From NCBI GenBank assembly GCA_012295275.1, contig CM022674.1, positions 3,100,001 through 3,164,000 on the forward strand: DNA of 64,000 nt, read 5' to 3'. Source of the stretch: Chrysomallon squamiferum. Taxonomy: Eukaryota; Animalia; Mollusca. Below the pieces are notes generated by a model. It worked only from the letters and a program-made list of their open reading frames with translations, searched no databases and was not told the origin of the DNA. Below are positions 1 through 42,388 of this stretch, in pieces (positions within the stretch are counted from its first letter, which is position 1; every line of letters starts with the position of its first letter). The translations under genes and the position numbers were made by a program.

Positions 1-277
1 TCGAGTGTCTGTTCTCTGTTAAGATTGTGAATACGGTCATTTGTCTCTCGATTTGTTATTTAAAGTGACTGTTCAGTAGCAGGAAGAAAATACCACAGCC
101 CACTACAAACATCGCGTTTCTGCAAATGACGGTTTTAAAATGTTATTGCAAAAGGCGCGAATGAATGGATTAAATGCACGCACATTTCCAAAACGACGCC
201 AGAACCAGAATATGTGTTATGTTTTTTTTATATATATTTTTCTTATTCAGTATTGTTATTAGTATTGATATTAGTAT

Positions 278-308
<31 letters not shown>

Positions 309-727
309 TTTGTTTGTTTGTTTGTTTGTTTATTTATTTATTTATTTATTTATTTACTTTTATTTTTATTTATTTGTTTGTTTGTTTGTTTGTTTATTTA
401 TTTGTTTATTTGTTTATTTATTTGTTTATTTGTTTATTTATTTATTTTTTTATTTTTTAATTTATTTATTTAACTTTATTTAATGTTGTATTTATTTGTT
501 TTTTTATATATTTATTAAATGTTGTGTTAATCGTTTTAATAAATTCAAAAAAACAATCAAAAATCTTCTTTTTTTTTTTCTTTTGAGTTCGTTTTTTCGT
601 TTTCTTTTTCTTTTTTTTTTTTTCTTTTCTTTTTTTTTTCTTTTAGAACTCTGTGTTTTTAATCATAATCAATTCTAAACGCCCGTCACTCAGATAACGA
701 TAATTTCAAAACCATATAATTACATAC

Positions 728-19210
<18,483 letters not shown>

Positions 19211-19310
19211 CTTCCGTAAATTACTTGACCTCTGACCTAACATTTGACCTAAATAAACTGGATGAAGAAAAGCGACCAGACACCAGCCAATCAGAATAAC
19301 GTCATATAAA
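19211..19310 (-). promoter_or_regulatory. Putative CLCN6 proximal promoter / 5' UTR
   Basis: AGCCAATCAG (NF-Y-type CCAAT box) at about 19286-19295 and TGACCT-C-TGACCT direct repeat at 19226-19238, directly upstream of the ATG and bounded by simple repeats. Confidence 0.5.
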
Positions 19311-19334
19311 TATATAAATGTATATATTCATAGC

Positions 19335-19382
<48 letters not shown>

Positions 19383-19604
19383 GTCTGTCTATTTGTTTGT
19401 TTGTTCATTTGTTTGCTTGTTGTTGTTTCTGTTCTCTTTTTATATGCATGTATGTGTATGTTCGTTGTAATAATAAGAATTCATTTTAACAGGTGCAAAT
19501 AGCATTGTATGACTGAGCGTCCTTAGTCTTCATCAGAATTTATCTCTTCATTTCTTCCTGTAATTTGTATATTGTTGTAAAATGGTATTTTTATCTTTAA
19601 AATT

Positions 19605-19681
<77 letters not shown>

Positions 19682-19716
19682 TTATCTTCCTTAGAATTTT
19701 CAGTATATATGTGTGT

Positions 19717-19840
<124 letters not shown>

Positions 19841-21008
19841 GGACATATATAGATATATACAAAGACAGACAGTCAGACAGATAGATAAATAGATAACCAG
19901 ACAGACAGACAGAGAGATATTCCCTTTCTTCTCTCTCTCTCTTACTGTGACTATACATCAAGCAGACGACACGAATGTGATGCAGTCTGCCCAAGTGCTT
20001 AGCATTCTCTCTATAATCTCATAATTCTCTAAAACTAATAAGGATACGCACAGAGAGACACCACTCATCTTCCCAAGTGTTTCGAAATGACACATCTGGT
20101 CTAGAACATCCTATCAGTAGATACCATCCGACATTATGGCTGAAGATGTATCCCGTGAATAAATAGGCTGTAATTATGTTGGAAAATTACCTTCGTATCA
20201 CGTTGCAGATTTTCGTACTTCATCTAAATTAGATTTCGAAGATGCCTTAATCCTTTGTCTGGAATATGTCAACATCTACATGTCTCCTGTCAACTTGTCA
20301 ACATGTCGGAGATATTAGAATACACAGACTTGTATATATCTAGAAGAAGCCATGATTTAAAAATTCGTCTGTGTGTGAAATGAAAAAATTATAATTACGC
20401 ATTTATGAAGATTAATAATGTGTGATTTAGATTTTTTTTTTTCCTTTATGATGTGCGTATACGTACAGAAACGCATACACACATACACATGCACAGACAC
20501 ACTCATGTATGTATGTATGTATGTATCTATGTATGTATGTATGTATGTATGTGTATGTATGTATGCATGCATGTAGCTTGTTGCTAATTGCGCCGTTATT
20601 TTTCATAATGTTAATAATGAACCTACCATATGGTGATGACAATGATTACGACAGTCACTATCATCACCATGGTGATAACAATTATAATATATTTCAGTAA
20701 TATTTGAATAAAACAAACTGTCATTCCCTATTTCTAATACAAGAACGTTAACGATAAAATCTAGATGTTAAAGAATAATTTATGAAGTATGAAACCTTTA
20801 GGTTGTTGGCCTATAAATCAAATGGTTTTAAGATATCATTTGTACAGGTCGCTTAGCTGTTTAATTTATTTATTTATCATTCTTTATATGCAGCTGACAT
20901 CCTTGACACCAAGATTATTTGATATAAAAACGAGATATATTTATCTGCTTGTCTTTCTTCTTCGTTCTTATTTAAAAAATTAAAAATAAAAAATAAAAAA
21001 ATAAAAAT

Positions 21009-21044
<36 letters not shown>

Positions 21045-21957
21045 AAAGAAAAAAGAAATAATATATAGATATAATCTGTCCTTCCGACAAAGGAACAAGT
21101 CGGCTGATGAATACGAAAACGAGGCGTGTCAAAGTTCACGACAGACTTTTAATTGAACGAAGATGTGAAATATTACAAGTATGTGACGAAGCGATTCAGT
21201 CTGCGGTTGCTAGGAGAAGAAAGACACAGACGGTTGTAGCACGTGCATAAAATCGGCTGGCTGTTTTCTAGATCTAAGAACAGTTCAGAGTTGATAATTG
21301 GGTGGATTAGATACGTTTGCCTTGCTAAGACTATATAAAATATGTTTAATTAAATAGTTGTGTTTGTTCGATGTATCATATGCTTTGAAGCATGTGCTAC
21401 TTTCACATCTGAAAAAAAAGTAATAGTAATTCTGGTTTTTGTTAAACAATTTGCTGGTTCGAGATTATATATAAATGAACTGTAATTATTTACTTAAATC
21501 TTCTTCTTATTCTTTTTCTCCTCTTTCTTGTTCTTTTTGTTCTTCTTTCTTCTTCTTCTTCTTTCTTCTTCTTCTTCTTCTTCTTCTTCTTCTTCTTCAG
21601 TGTTTCAGTGTGAGCATATCTGCATATCAATATCAGTATATATATATATATATATAAAGGTCATGTAAACGACCTCTCGTTTTTAAAAATTAAAAAAATA
21701 GCTCTTCTAATAGACAAGTGAATTTTTTATCCGTTTAGTCTTCTTTGCAGTTTACACAAACATTTCAAAAAAAATGAATTCTGTGATTACACCCAAAGAC
21801 TTTATTTTTATTAAACGATTGCGGTCTAGAGGCGATTCTGTGTGCATGAAATATTGCATAATTTTATAATGTAGTAACCAATTATACAGATCATTATCTA
21901 GACAGTGAGTATGTGAAAGACTGATATACATACATAGAGGGAGACAGAGATGGAGGG

Positions 21958-22052
<95 letters not shown>

Positions 22053-22174
22053 ATGAAGGGAGAGAGAGAGAAAGAGAAAGAGAGAGAAGGTGAATTGGGG
22101 AGAGAGAGAATGCTTCAGCAACTCAGAAATTCAAACAAATACAGACACATCATTATTATTCGTCATTATTATTA

Positions 22175-22223
<49 letters not shown>

Positions 22224-24820
22224 TCTTTACTCCGACAGTCATAAATCTAATTCCGGCACGTGACGTCCCGTCTGCTTTCAACCCTACACATTATCTTCCT
22301 TTTCTTCTTCTTCTTATTTGTTTGATGTTAATTCCGACACGAACCAGAACGTGACTACGGGACGTCCGCATTTCGGGTCGCATTGAATTCATGTTTGTAC
22401 CATAAAAGTCAAGATTTAAATGTCGTGTTAGGGGTTATGCACTCAGTAACCCCGAAACAGATTAACATTTATGTTGACTTTGACAAGTGATACGCTTGCT
22501 GCTTCAAAGCGAAACTCGACGGCAACTTTACTGATAATCCTTCTGTTTCCAAACTTGATAATTGCGATATTGGATAAGGTTAATGGACGTTATCTCTGAA
22601 TGGATTAATCTTCGTATCGGCAGGATAAAAGAAAAATGCGACGGATTAGGAGGTGGTTTTGTAACAACGACGTCGTAACTTTTCCAGCTGGAAAGGTGTT
22701 ATAGGATGAGATAGTGTAGGGATTGTTTTGATTTTATTTATTATTATTTTTATTTTTATTTATTTTATTTTATTATATTTTATTTTATTTTATTTTATTT
22801 TATTATATTTTATTTTATTCTATTTTTTTTTTTTTTATTTATTTATTTTTTTTTAATTTTATTTTACTTTATTTATTTTTTTATTTATTTGTTTGTTTAT
22901 TTTTCATTTTTATTTTATTTTATTTTTTATTTTATTGATTTATTTATTTATTTATTTGTTTATTTATTTATTATTTATTTATTTTTTATTCTAATTTTTA
23001 TTTATTTTTTGTTTATTTATTTAAAAAAAAATAAATATTGAGACACAAAACGTTAGATTTATTTATTTATTTATTTATTTATTTAATTTTATTTATTTGT
23101 TTGTTTTATTCTAATTTTATTTATATTGTTGTAACGGAGAAAAAAAAATTGTATCAGACAAAAACGTTTGACAGAGGATCAAGGACTATGTTTTACGAAT
23201 GTGTGTGTCTGTTTGCGTGTCGCTGTGTGCATGAGTGCACAAAATTATGCACGTGCATATTAGTAGAATAGTTTAGGCTACCGTACACATGTATTTTGGT
23301 CTGAAAAACTAAAACCAGCTGTCGTTGAAATATGCCATGCTTAATATTATCATCCAGTGGACAATGACATTCCAATGGAAGAATATTCGTTATAGAAAAA
23401 AAAAAATAATAAAAATGAAAAAGTTTTTTTTTTTTTTTTACTAGAAATGTCAGTAATTTTATTATTATTCACAAACGATGTAAAGAGAAAAATACCAGTC
23501 ATAGCTTAACCGCTTTGAAAAATAATTTCACCTGGGAATTGAAGGAATTAAAGGAATTTGCTTCATCTAAGTATATGTACAGATACACAAATATGCGCAA
23601 AGAAATTCATAAATATAGCACATTTGTTTACATGCCTATACTCACAAATACACCCACATATTCGCCTGTTTGTCTATCTGTCTAGCACACTCACATACAG
23701 GCACGCACACATGAACACACAAATAAACATTCTTACAAATACTCATACACTTACTGTCACATAGTTTTAAATAAAATCAGCGGTAGAAATAATTATTCAA
23801 TGTATTAGATAGTCTTCAAATTATTATATACGTATAAATCATTCAGTTTCGATGGTTTTGTACAGCTGGAACATAAGGACAGAACTTAACTTGAATTGCA
23901 CAGCAGTTCTAGGGTGCAATTCGCTTAGAATCGCCATGTTTTTAACCAAATATTTGTTATCGTCGTTAATTTGTATCAGAAGTGCATGCAAACGTATTTA
24001 CATTTCATTTTTATTTTATTTTTTTGGTTTGTTCATACAAAGAGTTTGTTGAACAGAAAAACTCGTTAACTACTTGGAAATACCTAATGATAAAGATAAA
24101 AAGTATCGTGTTACATACAGAAATGCTAATTCAGTGATTGCTCTATGAAGGATGCTGTTAGCATTTACGAATCATTTGTTTGGATTACTAATGTTGGGTG
24201 GTTTCTTCTTTCTGAAACACAACTGAGATGTTTGTTAACACTACAGTGTGGTTTCTGTCAAGAATCTGAAATAATTATATCAAGATTCTTAAAATTTTCA
24301 CATGATATTAATAAACAGTTTAAAAATAGTTGTATTATTCCCAGTGCCTATTTTGTCCATAAAAATAAAATAAAATAAAATAATTTAAAAAATAATTTAA
24401 AAAAATTAAAATTTCGATATGGGTGGTATGCTTTCTTTATTCGTAACATATTATGTTCTGTTTATTTATTTATTCATTAAATTTGCTATCGTACTGCACC
24501 TACTGTTGTTATTGCTGTTTTTCTTTTGAACATTTTCCTTTTAGAATTCCGATATATGCGACCTGTTTATAAAACGCCCAAATGAGTGTTATGTCCAGTC
24601 AAATCAGAAAATAATATTTGCTAAAAATAAAATGTTACAAAATTACAGGGCAACAGTTACCTTGTCTTTGTCACGTAAAGGTACATCATGGACAGAAAAT
24701 AAATCTGTGGCAATAAGACTGTATCATAGACGCCATTGATTCCAGAACACTAATTATTAATATACATAACAACGAAGTGTGTGTAGCATATTGTCGTTGA
24801 TAATGATGATGATGATGATG

Positions 24821-24892
<72 letters not shown>

Positions 24893-24935
24893 GCAATAAT
24901 GATTATAATATTTATAATAATAATAATAATAATAA

Positions 24936-24984
<49 letters not shown>

Positions 24985-25816
24985 CAATAATATTACTATT
25001 ATTTGTCTAAGTGATATTCCAATTTTTTTTATTCTTTTTAGCCGTCTTTTTCATATGACATTTCACCCCTATTTAATTAATTTGTTCTGTTTACCGATTA
25101 TCTTCTTCTTGTTTAGATTAGTTTGTGTCACGAAATCTTTGCACGCACCAAGTTGCCTGTCCGATTACTGATATATATATTTTTTCACTATTTTCATAAA
25201 GTTTATCTAGTCCACATTTAACAAGTATAATATCTGCGTTGCCCAGTTGTGGTCCTAATATTAAAACAGTCTGTGTGTGTGTGTGTTTTTTATTAAGTTT
25301 CATTGAAATGCGTGAATCTAGATTGCTTCCATTGGTTTTTATCTGTTCGTCAAACAAAGAGAAAATAGGTGTCTGCGGATAAAGGAAGAGTTATCAAATT
25401 ACCTTTAAATCGTGACAGAAATTACACCGCCCTGCCCTTTTGCTTTCAGCCATTTGTAGGGCAGGGAGATAACTCCGAAGATTTTGGCCATATTAACATA
25501 CCGGTGTTGATCGCTTTTGTGCCCGCCTGAAGAAACGCCCGGCGTCCTTTTGATCAGTTGAGTAAATAGAGAGAAATTCGCGACGAAGATGCGCCTCTCT
25601 CGTTTCTCTGTCAACCTGGGAATCTTGCAGGCTTCAAAGTCGAGCCACCGACATCCCATCCAACGTACGTAACGGAAATCTGTTAAACGGGACTTCAAAC
25701 GCTTTGAGCGATAAGTTGACGAAAACAAACACGATGTTTGGCACAAGACGAAAATCGTACAAATGGACAACGAAGTCTTACAGTTACTGAGTTTACTATC
25801 AAACACTTAATGCTTA

Positions 25817-25865
<49 letters not shown>

Positions 25866-27480
25866 TGTTTTGTTTTTTGTAATTTTTCCTGAATTTTCCT
25901 CAGAATTTCTTTCAAATTAACTGGAAAAGTGTTTGTTAAATAGATTACTAAAATTAAATATTGCATTTTATCCGTACAGGATGCAAGCAGTTTAATGTAT
26001 TAATGAATCTGAGAAAATAATTTATTGGAAACCGAACATGTAGTCAACACTAACTATATTACCTAGACTGATCTAAAAAATCAAAGAATTGAAATATATA
26101 TTTTGTATCAGTGAAAATAACTCTTTATTTAAATTTAAAATTAATTTCAACTGAAAACGTAGATTAATATTTTATAGAGATTTATCGTTGGGTATTTCCG
26201 TTATTTTGCGACTAATTCGTATACACTAGAGTGAGGAAAGACATAAACATAATCTTCATAATTATATAAATGATTTTTTTTCCTCAAATAGTCTGAATGT
26301 AGTCTTTTAACAAAACAAAACAAAAAAAAACTTCATTTTTAAATAACAATCAGTTTTCGTCAAGTTTTACTTCACTGTCAAAAAAAACCCAATAATAATA
26401 ATAATATATAAATAAATAAATAAATATTCACAATAACACACAAGATACAGACAGACAGATGCTGTAACAAACGGTGGAAATTACGTCAAGTAATCAATCA
26501 ATCATTTCCCGTTATCGCCAAGACGAGTCTATTTATAGATTTACGCTTTAAGAGGTCGCGGAGCTCAGTCATTCTGACAAACGCGCAAAGGGAAAAGTCA
26601 TTAATTTGGAGGACGGAAAAGGCACTCGAGGGCAGCAGATCGCCGAATGTCCAAACCCGCGGGCTGGTCCCGTAATCCTTTCCCTGAGATTGTTTTGCTC
26701 CCCCTCCCTCCCTCCCTCCAGGCGCTGCTTGTCACCGTTAATCTTCGTGGACCTTCGCTGAACCGACTATCTGTGCGCCGTCTGCCTGTAAGACCGTTGA
26801 TCGGAAAGATAAATATTTTAGTAAATTGACGTGCATAATCCAGAGGCTTTGAAGGTAAATGTTGTGTACACTTGGCTTCTGTTTTTTTTTTTTTTTTTTT
26901 TTTTTTTTTCTCTCTCCAGACCTCTCCAGACGAACTCTTAAGTTAACTGGAGCCACAGAATTGTGTAACCCGTGGTAACCAGATTAACTCAATTTTTTTT
27001 TCCTTTTTTTTTTTTTTTTTTTTTCCCCTTGTCTTAGACAGGTAAATCTTTATATACTGCACGAAAGACAAATAGTTAAATAAGTGGGGAAATAACCAAT
27101 TGAAAATTACTTGGTTACCTGTTAGTGGGAGCAAGACACACACACAGACAGACAGACAGACAGACAGTCTATGGACGAAAACGGTTTGAAGGAAGGAGCC
27201 TAACATTTTCATATGCAGCTTCAGGGGGAAGCAAAACTCGGTCTTCCCTTTCTTTATATTTTTCTCCGATGAAACTTTTATCTTGAAAGTAACAGGACTC
27301 TCTCTACCTTCTAGAATTATAGATCCGCCCCTTTTAGTTTAAGCTACAGTAGTTTAAATAATACACTCGTTTAAATCCATTGACCTGTAATGTGATTTGG
27401 AACGATTTATAAATTTATCCAAGGAAGACAGAGTATTATGCTTTAAAGCTAGACTGAACCTGGTGCACTTGTGACATATA

Positions 27481-27516
<36 letters not shown>

Positions 27517-27553
27517 TGTATGTATGTATGTATGTATGTATGTATGTATGTAT

Positions 27554-27622
<69 letters not shown>

Positions 27623-28361
27623 GCAATCGTTCTATAATGATAAAAAATGTAAATACTTTTTTTTTACTGAACATAACTTCATTTTCAGTGAATTCGTGTA
27701 AATGTTATGAACTGACTAATGTTGTAGTTAATAAAGTATTTTACAAAAAATTATTCTTAACAAATATACACACACAAACAAATAAATAAATAAATATCCG
27801 TATCAGTTGAATGCTGTTAATTTAAGCATTCGCAAGGATTTAAATATTTTATATTATAACATCGAATATGCAGCTTTATTCTTCTTGTTTGTGTTGAGTT
27901 GGTTTTTGACTAAACTCATAAAGAAAACGATAGAACAGAAAAATATTACAAAAATAAAACATAAAAAAAAACCCCAAGTATATAGAAATAATTTATTATG
28001 ATGAATACAGAATAATATTTCTTGCCTTTAGAAAAATTAAGTGAACCAAAATAAATTTGTTCAAATATTTCTGGAATGTGAATGTATGGATAGCTATAAG
28101 GCCAAGTACAAATATCAAAAAATGTATATTGATCATCCTTTAACATTCATTTCTGAACTGAAAAAAGGAAAAGATGTATTAAAATATAAACTACCTATAA
28201 TATTTGAGGAATGCACAGCAGTATACATAATTATAAATAAATAATGAGTAGTTTCTCTAACAAGTATAATTATGCTAACACAAAAATACCGATAATAATA
28301 ATAATAAAAATAAAATATATATATATATTTTGTTCTTTTCTTTACAAGTCACCAGTTTCTT

Positions 28362-28369
28362 TATCACAG
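28362..28369 (-). promoter_or_regulatory. K-box (CTGTGATA), miR-2-family site in the HES 3' UTR
   Basis: Perfect 8-mer about 70 nt after the stop codon on the sense strand. Confidence 0.7.
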
Positions 28370-28436
28370 ATGCAAGAAGAAATTCGTCTCTAGTCCCGTG
28401 TTCGTTGTAAGCACTAATTTTTTAATTGGACGTTTT

Positions 28437-37810
<9,374 letters not shown>

Positions 37811-37844
37811 AGTTTCGCAAGCTGTCGGCTGGGAACGGCAGAAA

Positions 37845-38005
37845 TCGTGTGCTGGCACGCGCGTCCTCGGTCTGACTGTTTACACTCTGGAGACACGAGT
37901 CGGGCGAAATGCCAGAACGTTCGACCAATCGGAGCGCGCCTTGCGTTCTCGTGCTTATCTGCTACCATCGTGTGGTCCCGTGGCTTGAGCCGGGCACGCG
38001 AAAAC
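37845..38005 (-). promoter_or_regulatory. HES promoter / 5' UTR with clustered Hes-binding sites
   Basis: GGCACGCG at 37854-37861 and 37993-38000; CACGAG N-boxes at 37894-37899 and 37948-37953 (reverse); CCAAT at about 37925; CpG-rich. Confidence 0.6.
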
Positions 38006-38490
38006 GAACGAACGAACTTAACGAAGGAACGCGCTGAATAACAGTTACGTTACGACAAACGAAGACGAAGACGAAACGAACAATGCGTTGCTTTGACAAC
38101 GAGGGACGTAAAAAAAAAATAACGGGATACTTCTTTTGGTTATTATTATTTTTCAAGAATTTTTGTCGATGATTTTTATGATCTGTATATTAATTGTTCG
38201 CAGCATGAGGTTTCTTTCTTTATTTTTTTTTTTTTTTTTTAAAAAGCCGATGATACACAATAAATAAAAAATTATAGCTCTGCTCGTGTTCTGTCTGAAC
38301 AAGTTCGAAAACAGGTGCGCGTTAAAAGACATTCCAAAGCTTACGTGTCTTTTGTTACACGTTCTTTGTCGATGTCGTTTGTTTATTTGAAAACTAACGA
38401 ACCGTATAAGTAAACGGGATTTACATTCAGATACAGCCACTTAACACGTGCTAAATCAGTTGTTTGAAATTGCCTTATCAGCTATGCATT

Positions 38491-38552
<62 letters not shown>

Positions 38553-40186
38553 TCTGTGTGTGTGTGTCTATATATATACATACACAGATACACATACATA
38601 TAGACATACATTCTCTTCTCGTTTTCTTCTGTAATTTGTTTAGTATTACTACCATCATTATCATCATCAGAGTAGTATTAGTGTTATTATGTACTTATTT
38701 GATTGTATATCTATGTTTTTGTTGAACATTATTTATTTATTTATTTACTTATTTACTTACTTATTTTTTTATTTATTTGTTTACTTATTTAATTTTTATT
38801 TATTTATTTTTATTTTATTTATATATTTATTTACTTAATTACTTACTTATTTTTTTATTTAATTATTTATTTAATTTTTTTTTTTTTAATCTATTCCAAA
38901 GATGCAGAGTAATTTCAAGTTATAAAACGACTTTGCTTTTTTTTTTATTATCCAAAAATTAAATGTGATATGCAAAGCGACTGTATTTCACAAAGTTATT
39001 TACGTACTTGGTTTATGGAAATTAACGCAAATCCATTTGTATGCAGAGTAAATCATAATAATTAGTTTAAAATTGAGAAATCCGTTTAAAAATCTGGAAG
39101 ATGCAGAGCAATTTATAAATACTGATTACTGTTATCAGTTGTATGCCTGGTTATTCTACTACGTGATTTTGTTTCTTGCCGAGGGTATCGTATTGTTTAG
39201 TATGGTATGGAATTCTGAGCAGTATTTGAAACTGAACTGTGTGGTAGAATATACTGTATACAATATGAATAGTATGGTAATGGTATGGATGATATGTGGT
39301 GTGGTATGATGTAGTACAGTATGGTATGGTTTATGGTAATGTATGATATGGTATCGTATTGTATGATATGGTATAACTGTTGTATGGTATGGTTATGATG
39401 TGATTATGGTCCGGTATGGTACAGCATGGTATGTGATATCGAATGACGTTACTGTTTAATGCTTTTGATCCAATGGATGGCTTCGTGATGTGGGTTGGTA
39501 TTGCACGGCACGGCAGCGGTAATGATGTGTCGCACGACGAACTAACACATCTGCGCAACGACTGTGACGTCGTCTTGTGAACTGAAGCAGAGTCGAGGTG
39601 TATCACAGGGTGGTCGTTCAGGGTGATATTATCGGGTACAACAGTAACGACAAACAATGCTGCCTTTTTTTGAGCAGTGAGATCGCAAAACCATCTCTTT
39701 TTTTTTTTTTTTTTTCAACCGTGGTGTCTGTTTTGTGTTTTCTGGGTAGTCGTCTTCTTAGTTAAATTACGTTACATCGCGGGTGTTTGTTTGTTCGTCT
39801 AAACTTGCGCACGGCGACTTGGTCCAAGATAATCAAACACGGAGATCGAGTGTATTACAGAGACATCCATCGCAAACGTTCTGAGGGTATATCGCTGTGT
39901 TGCCGGAGCCTCGACCGGAATCCGTTCTGTAGATTATGTTGTTTACTGGGGGGGGGGACAGTTTAAAGGCGGGTTTACGTCGGTGGAAATCCTGCCACTA
40001 ATCCCAGCAAATGTCTGAATCCGATTGTGACGTTTCGCGGGGAGAGAGATATTAAAGCTTTGTTTGTTCCCGTGCGGTTTCATTGTATACAAACATATGG
40101 TTTGGTGGGTATTTCGTGGCGATTGCGATATGTTTACGGAAGAAACGAATATGAAACGAAGATTCTCTTTTCCGATGTTTGTGTTA

Positions 40187-40333
<147 letters not shown>

Positions 40334-40580
40334 GTGCGGTGGTCGAACAGACTTTTCAACTGACTTACAAATTGTTACATAAACAGAGAACGAGAGATGG
40401 ATGGATTGAAGGAAGGATGGAAAGACGGATGACTGTAGGGATGGATGTGCAGAAGATGGAAAGCTGCATTATTCGTAAATAAAGAGCAATGCAATAATCA
40501 GGAAAAAAACAGGAAAGGAAACTTTAAATGTAAGCTGCAGCAGTAAGCCGTAATACGTCCAGAAATATTAACTAAGCAAC

Positions 40581-40632
<52 letters not shown>

Positions 40633-41134
40633 AAAAAGAAAAAAAGAAAAGCAAAAAATAAAAAATATAAAAAAACGTAATAAAAGAAAAGGATATAAAA
40701 AAGAAAAATAATCTACAGATGTTTGGGTCAACCAACTTGATACTGATGTCATTTGTCTGGTAATTTCACTAAGAACGAACGTTCTGTAAACAGCCTGCTA
40801 GAATTTAGTCGAAAAAATTGTTAATTTAAGAGAACGTGCTGTGGCATTCGACATGCGAATTAAATCATACAAACCATATAGGCAAAAAAAATAAAAAATG
40901 AATACATACCAGATTTGTAATTATATTCCTTTTTTTCGAAATAAATGCATGTTCATGTGAACAACCTGTTAATGCACACACACTCTGTGCACGAAGGTAG
41001 AAATACATCTTAACCTTTGACCTTAATATTAAAGAAAATGTGTGGAGAGTATACAGTTTGATTCATATGTAGATAATAGTAAATATATTTATTTCTGTTT
41101 ACTTTCCATTCCTTGAAAGGGTCGAACGATCCAT

Positions 41135-41170
<36 letters not shown>

Positions 41171-41191
41171 TTTGTTTATTTATTTATTTAT

Positions 41192-41222
<31 letters not shown>

Positions 41223-41357
41223 GTTGGTGGGGTTTTTTAAAAGAAGAACAAAAATATAAACAATATAATTTGAAAAGACTTTATTTTAGCACGAAACGGA
41301 TAATCATTCATGTGTATCGAAAGGACTGTAATCCAACGAAAGACATCTTACATAAAA

Positions 41358-41422
<65 letters not shown>

Positions 41423-41551
41423 AAATAAATAAATAAAGGTTTGTGTGAGTGTGATATAGATAGCTAGTTAGATAGATAGATACATAGACTGACATACAGA
41501 CAGACAAACAAACAGACAGATAGATAGATAGATAGATAGACAGAGAGAGAC

Positions 41552-41622
<71 letters not shown>

Positions 41623-42302
41623 TGGATGGATTGATGGATGGATGGAAAGGCTGATAGAGAAACAGCTAATTAGATTTGTATATTTACGTGTACATATATT
41701 AAAATAATGTCTACCGTTAAACAAAAGAAAAACCTAGTGAAAAAAACTGTTTTTCAAAATGATCTTCACGCTGAAAACAACGACCCTTTATCAGCTCCTG
41801 TTCACACGAGTCTAAATTACCTGTTTGTTAGTAACACCACACAGCCGACTGAATTAAAAAGCACTAATGCACTCTCAGAGTCAAAGTTCGAACCCGGGAA
41901 GTCCCCAGAACAAAATTCGATATCCGGACACCCGAACGCTCTTTTGATACGCTCGCTCCCTGGTAACGAAACGCCGTTTTATTTGTGCGCGTTGGGTTCC
42001 AGTCGACGACAAATTATCCGCCTTAAATCCGTCCATTACTGTCTTACGCACACGGGTGGGAGACGAGTGGGTGTGGTCTCTAGGGGAGATCGGTTGACAG
42101 AACGGTCTCAAGTTCTGTTACGGAGAGAGATTTGTTAGATAAGCCTGTTTCGTTACACCCGAATGAGGGTCGTCAACTTGGTTATTGTCTGAGCTGACGT
42201 TTAGGGTAGGATGTTTTAAACGGATGAAAATTACATTTCGTTATAAAATAAAAAAAAAAAAAAAAACAGAGTCTGTTGCAACATTTTGGTAAATGATAAG
42301 AT

Positions 42303-42388
<86 letters not shown>

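Noticed and set aside
60-119. Possible terminal CLCN6 exon (ttgcag|KRDVCSGLWYFLPATEQSL-stop)
   Set aside because: No similarity to the expected CBS linker or CBS2; the true 3' exons are more likely outside the window.
41880-41905. GTTCGAACCC B-box-like word suggesting a tRNA or SINE
   Set aside because: No cloverleaf, T-stem pairing or A-box could be built around it.
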